Assembly: GCA_026713145.1 (NCBI GenBank)
Contig: JAPOPA010000355.1
Coordinates: forward strand, 1 to 49,519
Length of the DNA: 49,519 nt
Direction of reading: 5' to 3'
Source of the DNA: Chloroflexota bacterium
Lineage (GTDB): Bacteria > Chloroflexota > Dehalococcoidia > Lucifugimonadales > VXLM01
Both the position numbers and the translations under genes were made by a program. The notes beneath the pieces are model-generated. The model had not been told where the DNA came from. It was given only the letters and a program-made list of their open reading frames with translations, and did no database searches. This document shows positions 17,020 through 25,500 of this stretch, piece by piece; the stretch's first letter is position 1; each line of letters starts with the position of its first letter.

Positions 17020-17799
17020 TCACCCTTTCGTGTCTGCCCCCGACAGTTCTTGCGCAGCCTTCTTTCGCCCGCGACCGCCCAGCTTCGCCAGCCAGATGCC
17101 GAGTTCGTACATCACGATGATCGGAACAGACACGATCGTCTGGTTGATCGGGTCGAAGGTCGGGGTGATGATCGCGCCCAGGATGAACGCCACGATCACA
17201 GCGTACTTTCGCTGCTTCGCCAGCCAGTCGCCGGTGACCACCCCGATCCTCGAAAGGAAGAACGCCACGATAGGCGTCTCGAACACCAATCCCATCCAAA
17301 GTAGGAGCGTGAGCATGAGGTTTATGTAGCTGCCGATGGATATGAACGGCGTCGCGATGTCGCTGCCGAAATTTAACAGGAACCGCACCGCCGGGGGAAA
17401 TAGGACCTGATGCCCGAAGATCGCTCCTGCGGCAAAGGCAATAATCGTCGCAGGTAGCAGTCCGTATAGGTAACGGCGTTCCTTCGGCGTAAGACCCGGC
17501 GCAACGAACATGACGATCTGAAAGAGCACGAATGGAAGCGAGAGGAATAGCCCAGCCAGCAGGGAGACCTTGAAGGCGATGCCGATGAACTCCGTCAACT
17601 GGGTATAGACAGGTTTGCTGTTGGGAATCTCCGCAAACCCCTCCGCGGGCTGCATGAGTACTAGCAGGATCTGCTCATGGAACAGAAACGCCACCGCCGT
17701 CGTCAGCACGACGGCCAGCACCGCCTTCGTAACGCGACTCCGCAGCTCGTCGAGATGAGAGCCGACGGTCAGACTATTCCCGTCCTGTTCGTCCTTCAC
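17020..17799 (-). CDS. tatC: Twin-arginine translocase subunit TatC
   Basis: 259-aa ORF, polytopic. 'HLDELRSR' N-terminus and 'FETPIV' motif. A GTG start overlaps the upstream stop (GTGA). Confidence 0.9.
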   Translation of the reverse strand: MKDEQDGNSLTVGSHLDELRSRVTKAVLAVVLTTAVAFLFHEQILLVLMQPAEGFAEIPNSKPVYTQLTEFIGIAFKVSLLAGLFLSLPFVLFQIVMFVAPGLTPKERRYLYGLLPATIIAFAAGAIFGHQVLFPPAVRFLLNFGSDIATPFISIGSYINLMLTLLLWMGLVFETPIVAFFLSRIGVVTGDWLAKQRKYAVIVAFILGAIITPTFDPINQTIVSVPIIVMYELGIWLAKLGGRGRKKAAQELSGADTKG

Positions 17800-18134
17800 G
17801 TGTCCTGTCCCTGCGTGTGCTGAGTCTTGTCACCTTCGGATCGGCTGCCGCCGGAACGGAAAGCCACCGGACCATCGGCGGCCACTTCGGCGTCATCCGT
17901 CTCCACGGACTCTTCGCCCGTGTCTTGATTGTTCAGAGTCGACGACGCCCGCGGCGGCTGGTCCTGCTCCTCGTCGAGCACGATCTTCGGCAACTCGTCC
18001 GTCATCCGGCGGACCTCTTTCGTAGCTTTCCCCAGCAGCCGGGCGGCATCCACCATCCGTTGCGGCCCCAGCAGGATAAAGGCAATCAAGGCGATCACGA
18101 GGACTTCGAGCGGGCCCATTCCCAGGATGTTCAC
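17796..18134 (-). CDS. Sec-independent translocase TatA/TatB-family protein (TatB-like 'LGPQR' motif)
   Basis: 112-aa ORF with a single N-terminal TM 'LEVLVIALIAFILLGPQRMVDAARLLGKA', an amphipathic helix and an acidic tail. The GTG start overlaps the maf stop (GTGA). Confidence 0.8.
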   Translation of the reverse strand: MNILGMGPLEVLVIALIAFILLGPQRMVDAARLLGKATKEVRRMTDELPKIVLDEEQDQPPRASSTLNNQDTGEESVETDDAEVAADGPVAFRSGGSRSEGDKTQHTQGQDT

Positions 18135-18793
18135 GAGAACGTCGCCTCGCTAACGACTCGTACCGGACAGTCGGTTGGGCAACGCTCGGGCGGGCGCCAC
18201 TGCGGCTTCAGCCTCACGTCCACCCCGACGTCCGACAGCAGCCGAATAACTTCACACAACGGGAATCCTACGACATTGAGATAGCAGCCGGAAATCGCCG
18301 ACACGGGCGCGAACCACTCGTCCTGTATGGCATACCCGCCCGCCTTGTCGAACGGCTCGCCCGACTCGATATACGCCTCCATCTCGCCGTCCGAGTACTC
18401 CCGCACCGTAACTTCGCTGCTCGTGACCGACGACGCGCTAGTGTCATTGTGCATGGCGGTCACCCCTGTTACGACGCGATGCGAACGCCCTCTTAACGCC
18501 GTCAACATAACCCGAGCCTCGATGTCGTTTTCCGGCTTGCCAAATATTCGTTCGTCCAGGACGACCGACGTGTCCGCCCCAATCACGAGTGTTCCCGAAT
18601 GCCCGTTGGCCGACACAGCGTCGGCCTTGTCCGCCGCTATGCTCGCGACGTACTCCTCCGGGCGTTCCGTTAGCCCTGGGGAACGTTCCTCGATTCCCGA
18701 CGGGACGATCTCGACCGAGACGTCGAGCGCCCCTATGATATCGCGCCTGCGCTGCGATCCCGACGCGAGGACGATGATTGGTTCGGAACCCAT
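18131..18793 (-). CDS. maf: Maf-like nucleoside-triphosphate pyrophosphatase
   Basis: Homology begins at 'MGSEPIIVLASGSQRRRDI' (ATG 18793). Further motifs are 'VIGADTSVVLD..IFGKP' and 'DKAGGYAIQ'. The upstream 146 codons of the 366-aa track ORF overlap the divergent gene and look non-coding. Confidence 0.85.
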   Translation of the reverse strand: MGSEPIIVLASGSQRRRDIIGALDVSVEIVPSGIEERSPGLTERPEEYVASIAADKADAVSANGHSGTLVIGADTSVVLDERIFGKPENDIEARVMLTALRGRSHRVVTGVTAMHNDTSASSVTSSEVTVREYSDGEMEAYIESGEPFDKAGGYAIQDEWFAPVSAISGCYLNVVGFPLCEVIRLLSDVGVDVRLKPQWRPPERCPTDCPVRVVSEATFS

Positions 18794-18886
18794 GCGCCTA
18801 TTGTAGCGCTTCACGCGCCCTGTCGTATGTTGACGCGCGAGTACTCCGCGACTACACTCGTGCGCACCCACGGAGCACCCTCTAGC

Positions 18887-19822
18887 ATGAACCCTGACTC
18901 TATCGGAAGCATCGGCGTCATCGGCGCGGGCCTCATGGGCCACAGCATAGCCATGAACTTCGCGGTCGGCGGCCACAAGGTCGTCCTCACAGATACGACC
19001 CACGAGAACCTCCAAGAGGCCACGGAGAATATCTCCGCGACGCTGGGAGTGCTCCAGGAGCACGGACTGGTGGACGAGGCGACCGCGCAGGCCGTGCCGG
19101 GACGCATTCGTACCAGCACGTCGATCGAGGGTGCGATGGACGACGTGGGATTCGTCGTCGAGGCGGTATTCGAAGACCTCGATCTCAAGCGGCGAATCTT
19201 CGCCGACCTCGACAAGCACTGCCCGTCTCATACCGTTCTGACAAGCAACACGTCGTCATACATGACCAGCCAGCTCGCGCCGTCAACCAACCGCCCCGAC
19301 AAAGTCGTGGTCGCCAACTGGTGGAACCCTGCGCATCTGCTCCCTCTCGTCGAGGTCGTGCGCGGTCCCGACACCAGCAACGAGACCATCGACATCACCA
19401 AGAGCGTCCTCGAAGGCATCGGCAAGAAGCCCGTCGTGCTGCAAAAGGAGTCGCTCGGCTTCATCGGCAACCGGATGCAGTTCGCCCTCCTCCGTGAGGC
19501 CCTCTCCGTAGTTGACAATGGCATCGCATCGGCGGAAGACGTCGACACGGTCGTCAAGACTAGCTTTGGCAGGCGACTCGCCGTGGCGGGGCCGCTGGAG
19601 GTCTTCGACATCGCAGGATGGGACACGATCTCGCATATCATCGACGAGTTGTACCCCGACCTCGACACCAGCAGGGAAAATTCGCCCACGATAACCGGCA
19701 TGCTGGAACGAGGCGATCTCGGCGTCAAGTCGGGACGCGGTTTCTACGAATGGAACGATGAGGCGGTGGCGGCCCTCCGGCAACGGATCACTCACGCCTT
19801 GGCCGCTATCGACCGCTTTTGA
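18887..19822 (+). CDS. 3-hydroxyacyl-CoA (3-hydroxybutyryl-CoA) dehydrogenase
   Basis: 'IGVIGAGLMGHSIAMNFA' Rossmann fold, plus 'SNTSS', 'NWWNPAHLLPLVEVV' and 'GFIGNRMQ'. I chose ATG 18887 over the track start at 18827. Confidence 0.85.
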   Translation: MNPDSIGSIGVIGAGLMGHSIAMNFAVGGHKVVLTDTTHENLQEATENISATLGVLQEHGLVDEATAQAVPGRIRTSTSIEGAMDDVGFVVEAVFEDLDLKRRIFADLDKHCPSHTVLTSNTSSYMTSQLAPSTNRPDKVVVANWWNPAHLLPLVEVVRGPDTSNETIDITKSVLEGIGKKPVVLQKESLGFIGNRMQFALLREALSVVDNGIASAEDVDTVVKTSFGRRLAVAGPLEVFDIAGWDTISHIIDELYPDLDTSRENSPTITGMLERGDLGVKSGRGFYEWNDEAVAALRQRITHALAAIDRF

Positions 19823-19834
19823 CAGGAGGCACCT

Positions 19835-20263
19835 ATGATCAAGCAGCTTCATCACACCGGGTTCGTCGTCACGGACCGCGACAAGTCTGTCGCCTTCTAC
19901 CGTGACGTGGTCGGACTGGAGCTCATCGCCGAGTACGAGCGCATAGGACCCGGCATCGACGCCGTCATCGGCTACGAAGACACGCACCTCATAATCGCCA
20001 ACCTCGACCTCGGAGGAGGCCACATCCTGGAACTCATCCAGTACCTGAACCCGCCGCCGTCCGAGCGGCCAACGACAGAGCGCAACACCATCGGCGGTCC
20101 GCACCTCGCCATCCTCGTCGACGACATCGAGGCCGTCCACAGCAAGCTCGTCGAAGGCGGTGCCCGGCCCATGAACCCGCCCGCCGAGCTGGCCCCCGGG
20201 CGCGTCGCCTGCTACATCCAAGATCCCGACGGGAATTGGTTGGAGCTGTTGCAGCTGGGCTAA
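19835..20263 (+). CDS. VOC/glyoxalase-family protein (methylmalonyl-CoA epimerase-like)
   Basis: 142-aa ORF. 'LHHTGFVVTDRDKSVAFYRDVVGLE...GGPHLAILVDDIEA...DPDGNWLEL'. Confidence 0.8.
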   Translation: MIKQLHHTGFVVTDRDKSVAFYRDVVGLELIAEYERIGPGIDAVIGYEDTHLIIANLDLGGGHILELIQYLNPPPSERPTTERNTIGGPHLAILVDDIEAVHSKLVEGGARPMNPPAELAPGRVACYIQDPDGNWLELLQLG

Positions 20264-20282
20264 GGAGACCTAGCCTCGCCTG

Positions 20283-21326
20283 CTAATTCGGCTGCAGCGA
20301 CGGCGCCTTCAACGGCGGGGCGAGTTGGTGCGGTTCGAGGTGGAAGGGCTCTTTGCGGTATACCTGGAGGCGGTACGACTCGAAGTCGGGCACCCACATG
20401 AGGCCGTTCTCGTCGACGCGGACGGAGCGCGGGCCGCGGAACATCTTTTCCGTCTCGAGGTCGGCCATGGTGCGGAGGCGGACGGTGCGGAGGCGCGTGC
20501 GCGTGGCCGCTATTGCCGGCTCGGAGAGCGTCGCGTCCCCCGTGAACTGCTGGACGTACCTGCCCTCCGGGGTGAATAGCTGGATGCGGTTGTTGCCCCA
20601 ATCGCAGACGTAGATATCGAAGTCGTGGTCGACGGCGATGCCCGCGGGGCGCACGAACTCACCCCTGCCGGTGCCGGTCCTGCCGAACTCGAAGATGAAA
20701 TCGCCATCGGGCGTGAACTTCTGCACCCTGTCGTTGCGCCAGTCTGAGATATACACGTCGCCGTCATCGTCGACGGCGACGCCCCATGGCATGTTGAACT
20801 CACCCTCGCCATTGCCGAAACTGCCCCATCCCTTCAGGAAATGTCCGCCCTTGGTGAACTGCTGGACGCGGTGATTCATCGTATCGACGACGTAGAGGTT
20901 CTCGTCGGCGTCGAACGCCAGGCCGGAAGGACGGTTCAACTGCCCCTCCTCCGTGCCGTATTCGCCCCAGCGACCGAGAAAATCGCCGTCCTTGGAGAAT
21001 ATCGAGACCGTGTGACACGCCTCGTCGGTCACGTAGAGATTGTCCTCACGATCGAGGATCACCTGCACCGGCATGAAGAGTTCCCCTTCCGGCACGGATA
21101 TAGCTTCTCCGTTGCTGCCGTAGTCGACGCCGAATGAGCGATCGCCGATCGTGCCGAGGTCCTCGTGGTCGATGTTGGTAATGCGAATCGGCGCGCTGCC
21201 AAGCACGTAGACGCGCCCATCCCCGCCGAACGCAACATCCAACGGGTCGTCGATGACGTTCTTGACCCCAACTGTCTTCAAATACGGGAATCCGGCTCTC
21301 AATAGTGCGTATGGCTGTGGCATCAC
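20283..21326 (-). CDS. NHL-repeat beta-propeller protein (no signal peptide)
   Basis: 347-aa ORF with six repeats of the type 'G.G.GEF..P.G.AVD.DG..Y..D..N.R.Q.F...G'. Confidence 0.85.
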   Translation of the reverse strand: MMPQPYALLRAGFPYLKTVGVKNVIDDPLDVAFGGDGRVYVLGSAPIRITNIDHEDLGTIGDRSFGVDYGSNGEAISVPEGELFMPVQVILDREDNLYVTDEACHTVSIFSKDGDFLGRWGEYGTEEGQLNRPSGLAFDADENLYVVDTMNHRVQQFTKGGHFLKGWGSFGNGEGEFNMPWGVAVDDDGDVYISDWRNDRVQKFTPDGDFIFEFGRTGTGRGEFVRPAGIAVDHDFDIYVCDWGNNRIQLFTPEGRYVQQFTGDATLSEPAIAATRTRLRTVRLRTMADLETEKMFRGPRSVRVDENGLMWVPDFESYRLQVYRKEPFHLEPHQLAPPLKAPSLQPN

Positions 21327-21361
21327 GCTCTCCTTTCAAGCGACTCCATTTGTGCTGCGGT

Positions 21362-22684
21362 TCAGTCCACCATGTGGGCGTGTGCAATATACAAGCGTCT
21401 CGCGGAGCCCTCGCAGGTGAGGAGGCGGCCTTCGAACTGTACGTCCTCCCCCATGCGAGCTCCAAGGTCGTCGGCGGCCTCCACGGGGAGCTGCACGAAC
21501 GCCTTCACCGTGCGGCTCCCATACTGCTGCTTCGCCTCGTAGATGTCCAACTCGGCCTTCGTTCCGCCACCGTCCCCGAAGTCGAAGTCGTACGAGTAGA
21601 CGCTCGCGCGGCGCACAGTGCCCTTCCATCGGACAGTCGCGTCCTTGTACCTGTCGTCGAATAGCCTGTTGGTCTCGTAGCTCATCCTCTTGGGATCGAA
21701 CAGGTCCTCGCACACCGACGCAACGTCGAGGCGCAGATCGCCGGTCGGCACGCTTGGCGGCTTGACCGGCTCCGCGGGCTCCGGCACGGATGCAGTTACA
21801 GGGGAAGGCGCCGGAGGCACACTTGGCGGAGGTGGCGGTTCCGGCTCACGAGGAGCGGGTGGAGGGACGACTGGCGACGACGGCGTTGGCGTGTACGTAA
21901 TCCTCGGAGGAGGAGGCGCGGGCGGCGGTTCCGGCACACGAGGTGCGGGCGGAGCAACGGTCGGCTCCCGCGGCGTGGACGTGTCGGTAATCCGCGGCGG
22001 CGTAGGCGAGGGGCGGGACGGTGCCGGGTGGTGACGGCCGGCCTGTGAGGAGGTCGAGGTCTGCGCCCGTGACCTCCGGGACGCCGAGGCCGGTCGTCGC
22101 GACCTCGGGCTTCGCCTTGTTGCGGTCGCTCGTGTCGGACTTGATCCCGGGCTTATGTTCCTTCTGACGACATTCTCAGAGCCCGGTATGGCTCTAATGG
22201 CCCTGTTTACCTCTTCGAGTAGGTCTTGCGCCCTGGATAGTAAATTCCGCTGCTCGGCCGCCAACTGCTGCAGGCTTTCCTCAGTCGTGAGGTCGCTCGC
22301 AGAAAGCGTAGAGACGAACTCACGCTGCCTGACGTACCGCTGCATATCCGTGAAGAACGTCCTCGGGGTCTCCCTCTTGGAAAGAACCGGAGCAGTGTTC
22401 CATGCCGAAAACGCTTCCGTCACGTGGCCTCCGGTCTTGACCACGTCGGTCAACTCGTCTTGGAGCGGAAACCACATCCTGATCAATATGTCTGCCTCGC
22501 CGTACTGCTCCACGAAGCTGTCGGTCTCGTTGAATGCCCGCTGAATTACAAAGCCCACTCCCAAGAGAAGAATGCCGATAATGGCGATAAGGATGGCCAG
22601 CCCCTCGTGTAGGAAGTTGTACAAGAGCACGACAAAGAGGATGCCCATTACGATGGTGAAGATTGTGAACAGTCTATGGGTCAT
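21362..22684 (-). CDS. Membrane protein: 2 TM, helical domain, ~135-aa Pro-rich spacer, C-terminal OB-fold-like domain (paralogue A)
   Basis: 440-aa ORF. It has two N-terminal hydrophobic helices and a conserved 'RMW.P..DEL.DVV.TGG.VT' region. The Pro-rich spacer contains a duplicated 'PPRIT.T.TP' unit. The C-terminal ~125 aa are about 80% identical to the neighbour at 22844-24301. Confidence 0.7.
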   Translation of the reverse strand: MTHRLFTIFTIVMGILFVVLLYNFLHEGLAILIAIIGILLLGVGFVIQRAFNETDSFVEQYGEADILIRMWFPLQDELTDVVKTGGHVTEAFSAWNTAPVLSKRETPRTFFTDMQRYVRQREFVSTLSASDLTTEESLQQLAAEQRNLLSRAQDLLEEVNRAIRAIPGSENVVRRNISPGSSPTRATATRRSPRSRRPASASRRSRAQTSTSSQAGRHHPAPSRPSPTPPRITDTSTPREPTVAPPAPRVPEPPPAPPPPRITYTPTPSSPVVPPPAPREPEPPPPPSVPPAPSPVTASVPEPAEPVKPPSVPTGDLRLDVASVCEDLFDPKRMSYETNRLFDDRYKDATVRWKGTVRRASVYSYDFDFGDGGGTKAELDIYEAKQQYGSRTVKAFVQLPVEAADDLGARMGEDVQFEGRLLTCEGSARRLYIAHAHMVD

Positions 22685-22843
22685 AGTCGGTTACGTCGAA
22701 AAGATACATGGCCGTCGAGGACGAACAACTTCGACACGAAAGGGACTCACGTCCGCGAGAACGCATCTTCAACCAGGGAAAGCCGTCTCTCGATATTGCC
22801 AACTGCCTGCAATGATGCCTCCTCCGAGAGAACTCCTTCAGGT

Positions 22844-24301
22844 TCAGTCTACCACGCGGGCGACGGCGACGTACAGACGTCTGGCGGAGCCCTCGCAGGT
22901 CATCAGGCGGCCCTCGAACTCAATCTCCTCACCGATGCGCGCGCCGATGTCGATGGCGGCATCCGTGGGAAGCTGTACGAACGCCTTGACCGTGCGGCTC
23001 CCGTATTGCTGTTTCACCTCGTAGACGTCGAGTTCGGCCTTTGTCCCACCACCGTCCCCGAAGTTGAAGTCGTATGAGTATGTGCTTGCGCGCCGCACCG
23101 TGCCGTTCCATCGGACCGTCGCGTCCTTGTACTTGTCATCGAAGAGACGGTTGGCCTCGTAACTCATCATCTTGGGGTCGAACAGCTCCTCGCACACCGA
23201 CGCCACGTCGAGACGCAGGTCGTCCGGCGGCCTGCTCGGCTGAGAGACAGGCTCCGGTTCGCTGGGTATGGGAGCGGCGATGACGGGTTCTGGAGGATTG
23301 ACCTGTTTCGCTGGTTCAGATAAAGGAGCTGTGGAAGCGGTGACTGGAGAAGGGAGCGGAGGCACACTCGGTGGGAGTGGCGGTTCCGGCTCAGGAGGAG
23401 CGGGGGTATCGGCGATCTTCAAAGGAGGAGGTGACGGAGGTGCGGGCGGCGTCTTAGGAGATTCCGGTTCCGCGGGAACCCGAGTAGTTACGACAGGTTC
23501 GAATGGCGTTGGCGTAGGCGTGATCCTCATCGGCGTAGGCGCAAGGCGAGACGGTGGGCGAGGGGCGCTCGGCTTCTTGGGTGTCTCGACGGCGCTCGTC
23601 ATGGTTGCAGGCGCGGGTCGGGGCGGCGCAGGGCGTGGTTGTATAGTACGTGCCGGAGTTGCGGTCTGCGCTTGCGCGGTTCGGGATACCGCGCTCGGCT
23701 GTCGCGTCCCGGCACTTGATCCGACTGTTGGTCCAGTCGTGGCGGGCCGTGGGCGTTGTACCGAAGGTCTTGGTCGAGCGGCTTCGGCTTGTCTGGAGGC
23801 AGTCTCGGATCCCTGGATGAAGTAGATGGCTTTCCTAGCCTCTTCAAGAAGCTCGCGGCTGATGAACAGCAGTTTCTGTTGCTCGATCTGCTGCTGCCTC
23901 TGGCTATCCTCCGTGGCGGTCACACTCGCTACCAGGGCCGCAACCTGCGCCCTCTCGTTGACGTACCGCTCCATTCCCTCATGGAATGTGGTCGGCGCCT
24001 CTTGCTTGTAGAGGTTCGGAACGCCGGTCCACACCGATGTTGTCGAAGTCACCTTGCCGCCCGTTCTCACCACATCGGACAATTCGTCCCGAACAGGGAT
24101 CCACATCCTGTTCAGCAGGTGGCCCACATCGTCCTTCTTCAACCTGACCTCGGACGAGCCGAGCATTTGTTGGGCCGCGATAAAGCCCAGAATCAAGATG
24201 ACGGCAAAAACAACCCCCAGCGCTGGGGAAATTACAAAGGCCGGCACGAACAAGATAATGCCCACGACAATGGCGATATTCCTAAGGGTGGAGTTGCTCA
24301 T
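22844..24301 (-). CDS. Membrane protein: 2 TM, helical domain, ~190-aa Pro-rich spacer, C-terminal OB-fold-like domain (paralogue B)
   Basis: 485-aa ORF with the same architecture as 21362-22684. The C-terminus is 'DLRLDVASVCEELFDPKMMSYEANRLFDDKYKDATVRWNGTV...FEGRLMTCEGSARRLYV'. Confidence 0.7.
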   Translation of the reverse strand: MSNSTLRNIAIVVGIILFVPAFVISPALGVVFAVILILGFIAAQQMLGSSEVRLKKDDVGHLLNRMWIPVRDELSDVVRTGGKVTSTTSVWTGVPNLYKQEAPTTFHEGMERYVNERAQVAALVASVTATEDSQRQQQIEQQKLLFISRELLEEARKAIYFIQGSETASRQAEAARPRPSVQRPRPATTGPTVGSSAGTRQPSAVSRTAQAQTATPARTIQPRPAPPRPAPATMTSAVETPKKPSAPRPPSRLAPTPMRITPTPTPFEPVVTTRVPAEPESPKTPPAPPSPPPLKIADTPAPPEPEPPLPPSVPPLPSPVTASTAPLSEPAKQVNPPEPVIAAPIPSEPEPVSQPSRPPDDLRLDVASVCEELFDPKMMSYEANRLFDDKYKDATVRWNGTVRRASTYSYDFNFGDGGGTKAELDVYEVKQQYGSRTVKAFVQLPTDAAIDIGARIGEEIEFEGRLMTCEGSARRLYVAVARVVD

Positions 24302-24313
24302 GTATCAGGCCCC

Positions 24314-25447
24314 TTAGTTGAACACCGGGAGCTGCTCGAACGTTCCACCCACGATGGGCTTCGAGTCCATGCCAAGGTACTGTTCGAGTATGGTGGAGTA
24401 GAGGCCGCGGAAGTCGTAGGTGTGAGCAAGGTCCTCGCCGTTGGCGAGCTTGGGCTGCTCCAACGACGGGTACTCGGCGTACATTCCGCCCGACACCATG
24501 TTCCCGATCAGGAACGCGCCGCCTCCGGAGCCGTGGTCAGTCCCCGATCCGTTGTCTGCCAGCCTCCGCCCAAACTCCGTCCAGACGAGCATGAGCACGT
24601 TGTCCGCGGCGTCGTGCTCCTCGAGGTCCTGGAAGAAATCGGCGATGCCGCGTGAGAGCTCGACCATGTCCTGCTCGTGCGTCATCTCCTGCCGCGAGTG
24701 CGTGTCATAGTCGCCGTGACTCGTGTGGAAGACCCTCGTACCAAGGTCAGCCAGGTGTACGCGGGCAATGTCGCGCAGGCTCTTCGCCAGCGGATTCGAG
24801 GCATACTCCACGTCCGACTTGTATCTCGCCGGGGCCTTCTTGAGGTCGTCAGCCCCGCTGAGCACGCCCTGGCCCGTCTCCGAGAGATAGTCCATCACCG
24901 GACCAGTGCCCGCCACCGGCGCGTACATGTTCTTAAACCGTTCCAGTGACAAACTCCGCCGATCGGGATCGGATATGCCCGTCATGATGCCGTAGTTGTC
25001 TAGGTCGGCTACCGACGCTACCGGTACTCCCTTCGACACGAACGACTGCGGCAGTCCGCGTCCGAAGTTGACCCCCGTAAGGGAATTCTCCTTGTCGGGG
25101 TCCATCTCGCCTATGGCCTGCCCAAGCCAGCCCTCGGTGGCGATGGTATCCGGCTCGCACGTCTGCCAGATATACGTGCTGCGGAAGTGCGACCGGCTGG
25201 AGTTCGGGTACCCGACCCCCTGTACGACCGCCATCCTGCCCTCGTCGTACATCTCCTTGAGCGGCCCGGCGTGCGGGTTGAACGCAAGCGTGTCGTCGAT
25301 TGGGAGAACCTCGTCCTGTGAGAAGGCGAGGCCGGGCCGCGCGTCGTGGTACAGCGGATTCGTGTAGGGAATGACCGTGTTCATGAAGTCGTTTCCGCCG
25401 ACCAACTGCACGATTACCAATACGGGATCTCGCTCTGCGGTTGTCAT
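24314..25447 (-). CDS. DUF1501-family protein (sulfatase/alkaline-phosphatase-like fold)
   Basis: 377-aa ORF. 'LVIVQLVGGNDFMNT..PY', 'VQGVGYPN.SRSHF', 'HTSHGDYDTH' and 'EFGRR...NGSGTDHG' are typical of DUF1501. There is no N-terminal Tat/Sec signal. Confidence 0.85.
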   Translation of the reverse strand: MTTAERDPVLVIVQLVGGNDFMNTVIPYTNPLYHDARPGLAFSQDEVLPIDDTLAFNPHAGPLKEMYDEGRMAVVQGVGYPNSSRSHFRSTYIWQTCEPDTIATEGWLGQAIGEMDPDKENSLTGVNFGRGLPQSFVSKGVPVASVADLDNYGIMTGISDPDRRSLSLERFKNMYAPVAGTGPVMDYLSETGQGVLSGADDLKKAPARYKSDVEYASNPLAKSLRDIARVHLADLGTRVFHTSHGDYDTHSRQEMTHEQDMVELSRGIADFFQDLEEHDAADNVLMLVWTEFGRRLADNGSGTDHGSGGGAFLIGNMVSGGMYAEYPSLEQPKLANGEDLAHTYDFRGLYSTILEQYLGMDSKPIVGGTFEQLPVFN

Positions 25448-25500
25448 TGCAGTTCTCCTTTCGTGAGAACGCTTACGATTCTACTTACGGTGCCAAACGT

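Noticed and set aside
18794-19231. N-terminal 146 codons of the 366-aa ORF containing maf
   Set aside because: Maf similarity begins exactly at MGSEPIIVLASG (ATG 18793). The extension overlaps the well-supported divergent 3-hydroxyacyl-CoA dehydrogenase gene.
19283-20221. 312-aa minus-strand ORF
   Set aside because: It is antisense to the 3-hydroxyacyl-CoA dehydrogenase and VOC genes and has no motifs.
21362-23236. The possibility that the two ~80%-identical C-terminal domain sequences are a template/variable repeat pair of a diversity-generating retroelement
   Set aside because: No reverse transcriptase gene is in the window. The mismatches between the copies involve all four bases and are spread over third-codon positions, as expected for ordinary paralogue divergence.
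21757-23809. Periodic GC-rich repeats that might have been a CRISPR array or non-coding tandem repeats (a similar stretch lies at 39049-39232)
   Set aside because: They are in-frame Pro/Thr/Pro-Glu coding repeats inside long ORFs. There is no constant repeat / variable spacer structure, and no cas genes are present.
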